Assembly: GCA_965242525.1 (NCBI GenBank)
Contig: OZ251459.1
Location: 1,600,001 to 1,664,000, forward strand
From: an uncultured Candidatus Binatia bacterium
GTDB lineage: Bacteria > Desulfobacterota > Binatia > UBA9968 > JAJDTQ01
Direction of reading: 5' to 3'
Length of the DNA: 64,000 bases
Shown: one piece after another, positions 16,696 to 25,085 of the stretch
Position numbering within the stretch: position 1 is the first letter of the stretch
Layout: each line of letters starts with the position of its first letter
Translations under genes and position numbers: made by a program
The notes under the pieces: model-generated
The model's input: only the letters and a program-made list of their open reading frames with translations
Database searches by the model: none
What the model was told of the DNA's origin: nothing

Positions 16696-19631
16696 ACGGG
16701 AAGCACCGAACCGGGGACGTGCGGAAGCCGGCGCCGGGCAGCCTCCGGGAAATCGCCCTCGCGCACGGCGAGCCGTTCATCGGAGGCGGCAACCGCCCCA
16801 TCCGCCTGTCCGACCCCGAGACCCTGTGGTACGTGGTCAAGGGCACCATGGACGTATTCACCGCCCAACATTCCGCGGACAGGGAGACGTCGGACTTCAA
16901 GCATCTCCTGCGCGCGGGCGCCGGCCGGTGGATCTTCAGCATCGCCAACGAGGAGGACGCCTCCACGTCCCTGTACATCGCCAAGGGGCTCCCCGACACC
17001 GAGCTCCGCTGCGTCCCCCGGACCGCCCTGACCGGACCCGGGACGGCCGGACTCCTGGCCGAACAGGCGGACGCCTGGATTGCCGACCTCGCCGCGGCCA
17101 TCGCCCGGGAAGTGGAGCCGCGCCCGCGCCCCCAGCGCTTCCTGACCCCGGGCGAGGACGTCGAGGCCGCGGCCGAGAACGTGCTGTCCACCCGCCGCGG
17201 CGTGGTCTGGGTCTCGACCCAGGTGGGGAACGCGGCTTTCCTCGACACCGGCGAGCCTACCGGCAGCGGTCCGGGCTTCATCCCCGTCTCCGCGGGTAGC
17301 TGGATACGGCTGTTCCACCCCTGCCGACTGGCCGTCACCACGTCCGCGGCCCTCGAAGCCGACGGCCTGCTGTTCTCCGCCCTGGCCGAGTTCCATCGAC
17401 TGGCGCTGTCCGCGGAGGAAATCAACCGGCGCCTGGTGCTCGTGGACATGGCCAACTTGCAGCGGGCCCACGTCCAGCGCCGGAGCCGGAGCGAAGAGCG
17501 CGCCCGGGACAGCCTGCTCGGCGTGCTGAACGAGCGGCGGTCCCCCGCGGGGGACCGCGGGACCGGCCTGTTGCGCGCCCTGGAGCAGGTGGGCCGCCAC
17601 GAAGGCATCCGGTTCCGCACTCCGCCCCGCCGGCGGGGAACGGACGAGGACGCCCCCGACCTGACGGAGATCCAGCGCGTGTCGGGGGTCCGCGCGCGCA
17701 GGGTCAAGCTCGCCGTCGAAGACCATTGGTGGCGCGGCGACAGCGGCGCGATGCTGGCGTTCCGGCGCGAGTCCGGGAACCCGGTGGCGCTGGTCCCGGG
17801 CGTGTGGGGCCGTTACCAGATGATCGACCCGGAGACGGGCCGTTCGGAGCGGGTGGACGAGGGCCTGGCCCGGGACCTCGCTTCCGAGGCGTACTTCTTC
17901 TACCGCCCGCTGCCGCAGGAGGAAACGGTCCGTCCCGGCGCCCTGTTCCGCTTCGCGTTCCGCGGGCTCGGAAAAGACCTGGCGCGCTTCATCCTGGCGG
18001 GACTGCTGGTGGGCCTCATGATGCTGACGCCGCCCATCCTGCTCGGCGCCCTGGTGGACCGCGTGATCCCCAGCGGGTCCGGCTGGCAAGTCCTGGAGCT
18101 GTCCCTGTCCCTGGTCCTGCTGGCGGTCCTCACCGCGCTCCTGCATCTCCTCCAGGGAACCGCCCTGATGCGGCTGGAGGCCGCAGCCGCGGCCCGGGTG
18201 GGCGCGGCGCTCTGGGACCGGCTGCTCGGCCTGCCGCAGCGGTTCTTTCGTCGCTTCTCCTCCGGCGACCTGACCATGCGCACCATGGCCTTCCAGGGAC
18301 TGCGCGACCAGGTCTCGGGGGTGGTCGGCAACGCCCTCCTGTCGGTGGTCTTCCTCCTGCCCACCTTCCTGCTGCTGTTCGTCTATGACACCGGGATCGG
18401 CTGGCTCGGCCTGGGGCTGGGACTGTCCTCCCTGGGGGTGACCGCGGCCATCGGCGTCCTCCAGCTACCCCACCAACGGCGCCTGCTCGCCATCTCGAGA
18501 CGGCTTGCGGGCAGGCTGGTGCAACTGCTGAACGGCGTCAGCAAGCTGCGGTCCACCGGCTCCGAAGGCATCGGGTTCGCCTTGTGGGCGCAGGACTACC
18601 GGGAACAGAAGCAGACCGAGATGCGGCTCGGCAGGCTGAACGAGCACCTGATCGCCTTCCTGGCGGCCGCGCCCCTGCTGGCCGCGGCCGCGGTGTTCGC
18701 CGCGGCCATGCACGACGGCCGCGCGGTCCTTCCGGTCGGGGACTTCCTCACCATCTACGCAGCGTTCATGGTGTTCTATTCCGCGGTGGCCAGGCTCGGC
18801 GCTTCGTTCTCCGCGGTGGCCGCGGTCATGCCCGCGTACGAGCAGGTGACCCCGATCCTGGAGTCGAAGCCGGAGACGGGCGCCAAGGGCGAGCCGCCGC
18901 CGGAGCTCAGCGGCGAACTCCACGTGGACCACGTGAACTTCCGCTACACGGAGGACGGTCCCCTGGTCCTGCAGGACGTCTCCATCCACGCACGGGCCGG
19001 CGAGTTCGTGGCCATCGTGGGGGAATCCGGCGCGGGCAAGAGCACCCTGTTCCGGCTCGCCCTCGGACTCGAGGCGCCGCTGTCGGGGGCCGTTTACTAC
19101 GACGGGCGCGACCTCGCGCGACTCAACAAGCGGGCGGTGCGCAGCAGGATCAGCATGGTGGTGCAGGACGTGTCGCTGCACCCCGGCACCGTGCTGGAGA
19201 ACATCGTCGGAGTGTCCGGGAACCTCACCGAGGACGACGCCTGGCGGGCCGCCCGCCAGGCCAGCGTGGACGAAGACATCGCCGCCATGCCCATGCAGAT
19301 GCACACCCCGACCGGAGACAAGTCCGCGACTTTCTCGGGCGGGCAGATCCAGCGGATCATGCTGGCCGCGGCGCTGGTCCGGGACCCGAGCGTCCTGTTC
19401 CTCGACGAGGCCACCAACTGGCTCGACAACAAGAGCCAGGCGCAAGTGATGCACAACGTGGCCGAGCTTGCCGTCACCCGGTTCGTGACGGCCCACCGCC
19501 TGTCCACCATCCGCATGGCCAACCGCATCTACGTGCTGCAGGACGGCCGGGTGGTCCAGACCGGAACCTTCGACGAGCTGTTCGAGATCGACGGCCCCTT
19601 CCGCAACCTGGTGCGGCGGCAAATGGCCTGA
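16692..19631 (+). CDS. NHLM bacteriocin ABC transporter ATP-binding protein (peptidase-less partner)
   Basis: cNMP-like N-terminus, RARRVKL...WWRGDSGAMLAF, TM domain, GESGAGKS and FSGGQIQR; overlaps the previous stop. Confidence 0.9.
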   Translation: MNGKHRTGDVRKPAPGSLREIALAHGEPFIGGGNRPIRLSDPETLWYVVKGTMDVFTAQHSADRETSDFKHLLRAGAGRWIFSIANEEDASTSLYIAKGLPDTELRCVPRTALTGPGTAGLLAEQADAWIADLAAAIAREVEPRPRPQRFLTPGEDVEAAAENVLSTRRGVVWVSTQVGNAAFLDTGEPTGSGPGFIPVSAGSWIRLFHPCRLAVTTSAALEADGLLFSALAEFHRLALSAEEINRRLVLVDMANLQRAHVQRRSRSEERARDSLLGVLNERRSPAGDRGTGLLRALEQVGRHEGIRFRTPPRRRGTDEDAPDLTEIQRVSGVRARRVKLAVEDHWWRGDSGAMLAFRRESGNPVALVPGVWGRYQMIDPETGRSERVDEGLARDLASEAYFFYRPLPQEETVRPGALFRFAFRGLGKDLARFILAGLLVGLMMLTPPILLGALVDRVIPSGSGWQVLELSLSLVLLAVLTALLHLLQGTALMRLEAAAAARVGAALWDRLLGLPQRFFRRFSSGDLTMRTMAFQGLRDQVSGVVGNALLSVVFLLPTFLLLFVYDTGIGWLGLGLGLSSLGVTAAIGVLQLPHQRRLLAISRRLAGRLVQLLNGVSKLRSTGSEGIGFALWAQDYREQKQTEMRLGRLNEHLIAFLAAAPLLAAAAVFAAAMHDGRAVLPVGDFLTIYAAFMVFYSAVARLGASFSAVAAVMPAYEQVTPILESKPETGAKGEPPPELSGELHVDHVNFRYTEDGPLVLQDVSIHARAGEFVAIVGESGAGKSTLFRLALGLEAPLSGAVYYDGRDLARLNKRAVRSRISMVVQDVSLHPGTVLENIVGVSGNLTEDDAWRAARQASVDEDIAAMPMQMHTPTGDKSATFSGGQIQRIMLAAALVRDPSVLFLDEATNWLDNKSQAQVMHNVAELAVTRFVTAHRLSTIRMANRIYVLQDGRVVQTGTFDELFEIDGPFRNLVRRQMA

Positions 19632-19712
19632 CCGTCGTTCGGGCAGGCCGTCGTTCCCGCAGGCGCCCGCCTCCGTCGTTCCCGCAAGCACGCGCCCGCG
19701 GAAGCGCCGGGA

Positions 19713-20000
19713 TTACCAATCGTCGACGATGCTCCGCCCGCTCGGGTTTGGCTGCCATCCGTACACGCCGCCAGCGACCGCCTGCAGGTCGCCGTCGCCC
19801 AGCCGGCTGTCGGGGGGCAGGACCAGATGCGCAGCCTCGCCGCTCTCTTCGTGGACCTCGATGGACAGGGACGCCGGAATGGTGACGCCCAATTCCTGCT
19901 CCACCGCCCCCTTCGGGTCGCTGAGAAGCCGGGCGCGGAACTCCGCGTCCTCCATCGCCTTGCCCACGATCTTCGCCTGCATTTCCTTCGCCGTTTCCAT
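19713..20000 (-). CDS. NHLP (proteusin) precursor 1; core VYGWQPNPSGRSIVDDW
   Basis: Nitrile-hydratase-like leader (KAMEDAEFRARLLSDPK...HLVLPP) ending DLQAVAGG; GAGGAGG RBS. Confidence 0.92.
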   Translation of the reverse strand: METAKEMQAKIVGKAMEDAEFRARLLSDPKGAVEQELGVTIPASLSIEVHEESGEAAHLVLPPDSRLGDGDLQAVAGGVYGWQPNPSGRSIVDDW

Positions 20001-20036
20001 GGCTCGTCCCTCCTCGACAGACTGATAACTACGTGC

Positions 20037-20066
20037 AATTTACGATACCGCTTCATCCAATGTCAA
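20037..20066 (-). promoter_or_regulatory. Putative sigma70 promoter of precursor 1 (TTGACA-18-TAAATT)
   Basis: Read on the minus strand; a homologous region upstream of precursor 4 reads TTTACA-18-TAGGTT. Confidence 0.5.
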
Positions 20067-20199
20067 GGCCATATGCACGAAAACCAGTGTTATCAGGGAT
20101 TTTCGTGGAACCCGGCCTTCCGTTCATCCACCTGCCCGATTCCATCGCCATCCGCTCCAAGCTCGACCGCCGAACCACCGGGCGTCCGCCTGGCCGGAG

Positions 20200-20303
20200 T
20201 CGCCGCCATGCCCATGCAGATGCCCACCGCGACCGGAGGCAAGTCCGCGACTTTCTCGGGCGGGCAGGTCCAGCGGATCATGCTGCCGCAGCGCTGGTCC
20301 GGG
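20200..20303 (+). pseudogene. Duplicated fragment of the ABC transporter signature region (copy of 19279-19383)
   Basis: Encodes AAMPMQMPTATGGKSATFSGGQVQRIML versus AAMPMQMHTPTGDKSATFSGGQIQRIML; 1-nt deletion. Confidence 0.85.
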
Positions 20304-20351
20304 GCCCCGTCATTCCTGCAAGCGTGCCCTCGTCCGCAGGCACACACATCC

Positions 20352-20449
20352 GGAAGGTCTGAACAATGTCATACCTCCCTTGGGAATGCGCGTCCTTCGA
20401 CTTCGCTACGCTACGCTCAGGACGAACGGAATGGTTGTTCAGGGTTTCC
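20352..20449. mobile_element. Shorter MITE variant
   Basis: Ends GGAAGGTCTGAACAA / TTGTTCAGGGTTTCC around the shared core repeat. Confidence 0.6.
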
Positions 20450-20452
20450 TTG

Positions 20453-20630
20453 AAAACCTCTGAACAATCGAAACATCCGGGATGGATTCCCGATTCCCTC
20501 ACCCTGACGCCCCTGTCCCCGTTCGTCCTGAGCGTAGCGAAGCGAAAACCTCCGTTCGTCCTGAGCGTAGCGTAGCGAAGTCGAAGGACGCGCTCATGCC
20601 CCCTGTCTGTCCCGATTGTTCAGAGGTTCC
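20453..20630. mobile_element. MITE copy (178 bp) with an internally duplicated core
   Basis: AAAACCTCTGAACAATCG...CGATTGTTCAGAGGTTCC; flanks CTTG/CTCG. Confidence 0.8.
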
Positions 20631-20634
20631 CTCG

Positions 20635-20817
20635 GTCATTCCCGCGAAAGCATGTCCTCGCGGAAGCGGGGGCGGGAATCTCGTCGTACAAGCCTCGATG
20701 GATGGATTCCCGCTTTCGCGGGAATGACGGAGGTGCGTGCCCGCGAACGGGGTGCGTGCCCGCGAACGGGGTGCGTGCCTGCAGGAATGACGGAGGTGGC
20801 CGCCGCGGGAACGACGG
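20635..20817. repeat. REP-like palindrome pair followed by decayed 19-bp tandem units
   Basis: GTCATTCCCGCGAAAGC...GGGAATC, GGATTCCCGCTTTCGCGGGAATGACG and (GGTGCGTGCCCGCGAACGG)x2. Confidence 0.75.
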
Positions 20818-20840
20818 GGTGTGCTTTTGGGCGTTTCGGG

Positions 20841-21962
20841 CTAGTCCCGGGCGAGGGAACAGATCAGGCCGGCGTATGCCTTGGCGGCGACCCCGGCGTC
20901 CGTGACCGTGAGCTTGACGTGGTTGACCCCCTTGTAAACGAGGAACACGCCCCGACGGTCGTACATCCTGTCGAGCGCGCACCACTGGAGCAGCCCCTGC
21001 GCCTTCGCCGCCAGGCACCAGCCGCGGAGCGCCAGCCGCTCCACCACCGGCCGCCAGGCGCTCCGCCCCGTGGTCAGCCAACTGTCCATGGCGTCGTCGC
21101 CCCACGACCCCGCATGGTACAGTTCCAGGCCGATCCTGGGCAGCAGCCCCGAGTCGGCCACGTCCACCGACAGCCGGAAGCGGGGCAACACGTCCCCGAG
21201 GTCGGCCAGCAACTCCGTGGCAGGGCGAACCGCAGCGCTCCGGCCCAACCGCTCCAGCACCCCGGCAACCTCGTCGCGCCCGATCTCCTGAACCACCAGC
21301 CGCACCGCCCGCGGCGTCCGGCTCGGCAACGCTCCGACATGGGCGACCCTGGCGTCCGGCGGCAGCGCCGCCAGCGCCCGCGCCACCCACCGCAGCGCCT
21401 CGTCCTCATCGGTCCAGCCCACCGCGCCGGCCAGCGCCGCGATCGGCAAGGGCTGCGGACGGTCATGGGGCCCGGATTCCTCCGTGCGCCGTATCTTCAA
21501 GAAGACCCCCGGATCCGGGCGCGGGTCGGCCGGCGCCTCGGCCAGGTCGTATTCGAGCATGGTTCCGGCGATGCAAGCGTGCAACTCGGAGTCGGCCTGC
21601 CCGATCCGGGCGAGGTACCGGGACAGCGCCGCCGCCGCCGAGCCCGGACGGGCGGCTTCGCCCCTGCGGATGAAGTGCCGCGCGAGCGGGCTCCCCGACC
21701 TCACCACCACGAACAGGTCCGCCGCCGGCGTCTCCTCGCCGAGCCGGAACTCGCAACCGAGGAACGCCGACGACCCGGCGTCCGGCAGCTCCGCGGCGCA
21801 GGCCGTCAACCGGTCCCATCCGAGGCCGTCGAGCAAGGAACGCGGTATCAGCGGGCGGAGCCCCGCGAGCACCGCCTCCGGCGCGCGGCGCGCATCGTGG
21901 GTCGATGCAGCAAACGCGGGCTCGGCAGCCTCAACCAAGGGAAACGGGCTCGACGCCACCAT
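20841..21962 (-). CDS. Hypothetical RiPP maturase, possibly an ABBA-type prenyltransferase
   Basis: GGAGG RBS, directly downstream of three precursors. Alternating beta/alpha motifs GCEFRL, ADLFV, MLEYDL, RLSVDV...RIGLELY and NHVKL...KAY. Function is inferred. Confidence 0.5.
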   Translation of the reverse strand: MVASSPFPLVEAAEPAFAASTHDARRAPEAVLAGLRPLIPRSLLDGLGWDRLTACAAELPDAGSSAFLGCEFRLGEETPAADLFVVVRSGSPLARHFIRRGEAARPGSAAAALSRYLARIGQADSELHACIAGTMLEYDLAEAPADPRPDPGVFLKIRRTEESGPHDRPQPLPIAALAGAVGWTDEDEALRWVARALAALPPDARVAHVGALPSRTPRAVRLVVQEIGRDEVAGVLERLGRSAAVRPATELLADLGDVLPRFRLSVDVADSGLLPRIGLELYHAGSWGDDAMDSWLTTGRSAWRPVVERLALRGWCLAAKAQGLLQWCALDRMYDRRGVFLVYKGVNHVKLTVTDAGVAAKAYAGLICSLARD

Positions 21963-21998
21963 CGCGCCTCCGCGGGAGCGCTGGGAACCCCGGCGGGG

Positions 21999-22280
21999 TC
22001 ACCAGTCCAGAACGCCCTTCCCCTGCTTGAAGTCCTCCCAGCTATATCCTCCCGCAACCGCTTGCAGGTCGCCTTCGTTCAGCTTGCTGTCGGGGGGCAG
22101 GACCAGATGCACAACCTCGGCGCTCTGTTCGTGGACCTCGATGGACAGGGACGCCGGAATGGTGACACCCAACTCCTGCCCGATGGCTCCCTTCGGATCG
22201 CCGAGCAGCCGGGCGCGGAACTCCGCGTCCCCGGCCGCCTTGCCCACGATCTTCGCCTCCAATTCCTTTGCCGTTTCCAT
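21999..22280 (-). CDS. NHLP precursor 2; core YSWEDFKQGKGVLDW
   Basis: NHLP leader ending LNEGDLQAVAGG; AAGGAG RBS. Confidence 0.92.
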   Translation of the reverse strand: METAKELEAKIVGKAAGDAEFRARLLGDPKGAIGQELGVTIPASLSIEVHEQSAEVVHLVLPPDSKLNEGDLQAVAGGYSWEDFKQGKGVLDW

Positions 22281-22332
22281 TGGTTTGCTCCTTCCTGGAG
22301 AGAGTGACGGCCAAGCGCGACCCACGGCGGGA

Positions 22333-22623
22333 TCACCAGTCAAGCAATCCTCCGCCTTTCGTGGCTTCGTGGTAGTCATCCCAGGTAAGCCCGCCGGCGA
22401 CCCCCTGCAGGTCTTTTTCGCTCAGCTTGCTGTCCGGGGGCAGAACGAGATGCGCGGTCGCGGCGCTATCCTGGTGGACTTGGATGGACATGGACGCCGG
22501 AATGGGGACGCCCAACTCCTGCCCGATGGCTCCCTTCGGGTCACCGAGCAGCCGGGAGCGGAACTCCGCGTCCTCGGTCGCCCTGCCCACGATCTTCCCC
22601 CGCATTTCCTTCACGCTTTCCAT
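22333..22623 (-). CDS. NHLP precursor 3; core LTWDDYHEATKGGGLLDW
   Basis: NHLP leader ending LSEKDLQGVAGG; GGAGG RBS. Confidence 0.92.
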   Translation of the reverse strand: MESVKEMRGKIVGRATEDAEFRSRLLGDPKGAIGQELGVPIPASMSIQVHQDSAATAHLVLPPDSKLSEKDLQGVAGGLTWDDYHEATKGGGLLDW

Positions 22624-22723
22624 GTTTCGTTCCTCCTCCATCGAGCGATGGTTGCGCACGCCCCACGTTCACGGGCAACCTGCGATACCGGCTCACCGGA
22701 TGAAGCGACACGGTCCGGCGGTA

Positions 22724-23023
22724 CTACCAGTCGGCCACGACATTCCAACTGTCATCCACACGCACACCGTTTTCGTCGTACACCGCGGCGGCGCCGGCGA
22801 CGGTCTCCATCTCGCTTTCGCTCAGCCTGCCGTCGGGGGGCAGGACCAGATGCGCAGCCTCGGCGCCCTCTTCGTGGACCTCGATGGACAGGGACGCCGG
22901 AATGGTGACGCCCAATTCCTGCTCCACCGCCCCCTTCGGGTCGCTGAGCAGCCGGGCGCGGAAGTCCGCGTCCTCCATGGCCTTGTCCACGATCCTCGCC
23001 TGCATTTCCTTTGCCGTTTCCAT
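22724..23023 (-). CDS. NHLP precursor 4; core approximately AAVYDENGVRVDDSWNVVADW
   Basis: NHLP leader ending LSESEMETVAGA; GGAGG RBS. Confidence 0.9.
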   Translation of the reverse strand: METAKEMQARIVDKAMEDADFRARLLSDPKGAVEQELGVTIPASLSIEVHEEGAEAAHLVLPPDGRLSESEMETVAGAAAVYDENGVRVDDSWNVVADW

Positions 23024-23206
23024 GCCTCGTCCCTCCTCCATAGAGTGCCGAACACGTGCAACCTACGATACCGGCTCGCCCAATGTAAAGTCCCCATGCA
23101 TGAAAAATGAGTCTATCAGGGATTTTCGGGGAACCATGCCTTCCGTTCGTCCGCCCGCCCGATTCGGTCGCGGCCCGTTCCGGGGCGGGCGCCGGACGCT
23201 TCGGGT

Positions 23207-24571
23207 TCACCCATGCTCCGGCCCGGAGGACGGCGGCGCCGCGCAAGCGACCCCCCGGATGACCAGGAGCTTGAGGAACTCGTCCGCCGACCCTGCCGGA
23301 GTTCCCTCGGGGACCGTTTCCCGGAAAGCCCCCACGCGCACGGTCCCTCCCCGCAGGAGCGAGGCCAGCAACTCCATGCACCGGCCGTCGAAGGTCCAGC
23401 GGTAGCCGTGGGCCTCCAGCACCGCCTCCCCGTCGGCGTTCCGCTCCAGGGTCGCGTGCCGGGCGCCCCGGAGCCGGACCCCGTAACTCTCCCAGTCCGG
23501 AGAGTTCCAGGGGTCGATGCAGGGGCCAAGGCTCGTCCGGGGGCTCTCGGACCACGTGGAGCGCAGGTGGTCGCGGAACTTCCGTCCGACGTCCCCTTGC
23601 AGCTCCCGGAGGACCAGCTCCCTGAGCGCCGTGTAGTGGGCGGCGCCGGTCCGGTCCGTGGGGTGGGGGAGGTCCCGGCGGAAGGTCTCGTGGCGAGCGA
23701 GCCTGCCGGAGAGCCACTCCATGAATTCCAGCCCGGTGACCGGGAGGACGCTGCAGGTGAGGTGCAGGCTGCCCGAGCCGCCCTGCCCTCCTTCGTCCTG
23801 GGTACGGGCGTCGTGCCACCACCCCCGCGGGACGTAGAGGACGTCGCCCGACCGGACCACCTCGCTCCACACCGGCTCCCGAGGCGGCTCCACGTTGGGT
23901 TCCGAGTCCCGACCCAGGGGAAAGCGCCGCGTTTCGCCGTAGAGCCGCCAACGCTTTGCGCCGGCCGCCTGCAGCACGAACACGTCGTGGTCGTCCCAGT
24001 GCACGGAAAAGCCCCGGGTGGCCGTCCAGGAGGCGTAGAGGTTGATCCCGGTGTAGCCGCCCAGGGTCTCCTCGATTGCCTCGGCCACGGGGCGGAGAGG
24101 GGGATGGATTTCGTTGACGCCGTGCATGGCCACGCTGGCGCCCGTACGGAGGAAGGTCGCCAGCCGCGCGTCGTCGATGCAGGTTTCCTCCGGGCCTCCC
24201 CTTCTCCCCCTCCATCCGTGGCCGAACTGCGGCGTCGTGTAGTAGTTCGGGGCAACCGTCTTGCCGTCCTGCACCAGGTGCATCCGGTTGCGCCACGCGC
24301 CCGACGACAGCAGCCCGTTGAGCGCTTCCCAGGTGCAAAGGGACGCGAAACGCGGACCCTTCGCCCGGAACAGCACCGGCCGTTTGTCCCGGTAGCGGGT
24401 GTCCAGGAACTCCTGGGTGGCGAGGGGCCGGACCAGGCTCTCGAACCCGGACTCCGGTCCGTACGGCGCCGCATCGGCCGCCAGCACCTCCACCGGGCCG
24501 GCGCCGGGGGGGACGGTCCGTTCGGGGCGCGTTTCCGCGCCGGGGCCTCCCGGCGAGGCGGGGCCGGTCAT
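23207..24571 (-). CDS. JmjC/cupin-4 2-oxoglutarate-Fe(II) oxygenase (ROX/YcfD-like)
   Basis: INLYASW...GFSVHWDDHDVFVLQAAGAKRW...GDVLYVPRGWWH gives the HxD...H triad. ATG 24571 is coupled to the upstream ORF. Confidence 0.88.
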   Translation of the reverse strand: MTGPASPGGPGAETRPERTVPPGAGPVEVLAADAAPYGPESGFESLVRPLATQEFLDTRYRDKRPVLFRAKGPRFASLCTWEALNGLLSSGAWRNRMHLVQDGKTVAPNYYTTPQFGHGWRGRRGGPEETCIDDARLATFLRTGASVAMHGVNEIHPPLRPVAEAIEETLGGYTGINLYASWTATRGFSVHWDDHDVFVLQAAGAKRWRLYGETRRFPLGRDSEPNVEPPREPVWSEVVRSGDVLYVPRGWWHDARTQDEGGQGGSGSLHLTCSVLPVTGLEFMEWLSGRLARHETFRRDLPHPTDRTGAAHYTALRELVLRELQGDVGRKFRDHLRSTWSESPRTSLGPCIDPWNSPDWESYGVRLRGARHATLERNADGEAVLEAHGYRWTFDGRCMELLASLLRGGTVRVGAFRETVPEGTPAGSADEFLKLLVIRGVACAAPPSSGPEHG

Positions 24572-24909
24572 GCTTCGCCCTTCTTTCCCGAGGCCTTCGC
24601 GGGTTCCCGTTCCTCCACCGCGGCGTCCGGGGCGGTCGGGTCCGGGACGATCTTGACGCTGATGCGCGGAACGGGCCTGGAGGCGCCCCCGGACAGGACC
24701 CGAAGGTAATCCGCTTCCTGCTCGAAGACCCTGCGGGAGGCGAGGCACACGATGGGCGTCCCGTCCCGCAGCAGACTCCCCATGTCCGCGGCGCCCGGGA
24801 GCGGCCGGCGGTCGATTTCCCGGTCGTCGGCGCCCGGGGGACACGCGGACGCTTCGGGGACGGAGGCGCCGCCTGCGTCCCCCGCGGGCGGGCGTTGGTC
24901 CGTGCTCAT
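24568..24909 (-). CDS. Small hypothetical protein translationally coupled to the JmjC gene
   Basis: GGGAGG RBS before ATG 24909; stop overlaps the JmjC start (ATGA). Confidence 0.55.
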   Translation of the reverse strand: MSTDQRPPAGDAGGASVPEASACPPGADDREIDRRPLPGAADMGSLLRDGTPIVCLASRRVFEQEADYLRVLSGGASRPVPRISVKIVPDPTAPDAAVEEREPAKASGKKGEA

Positions 24910-24997
24910 GTGCGACCTCCCTCTTCGAGGCCGTTGCGGAGTCCCTCGACGCCCATGGAACCCCTCCCGGTTGCGGCGATGCCAACGACCTGACGGG

Positions 24998-25026
24998 AAG
25001 ATAGCGGACCTCTACCCCAATGTCAA
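24998..25026 (-). promoter_or_regulatory. Putative sigma70 promoter (TTGACA-17-TATCTT) for the small ORF/JmjC unit
   Basis: Consensus -35 and canonical spacing on the minus strand. Confidence 0.55.
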
Positions 25027-25085
25027 AACAGTGACGCCCAAAAAGTGGATTATCCGGGTTTTCCGTGGGAAGCGGCCGTGCGCTT

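Noticed and set aside
21999-22335. Selenocysteine read-through of the TGA stops of precursors 2 and 3
   Set aside because: The paralogs end at the same DW with TAA or TAG, so these are true stops
19713-23023. Nitrile hydratase alpha subunits or lanthipeptide/thiazole precursors
   Set aside because: They lack the CxxCSC metal motif, the cores have no Cys, and no LanM or YcaO gene is present
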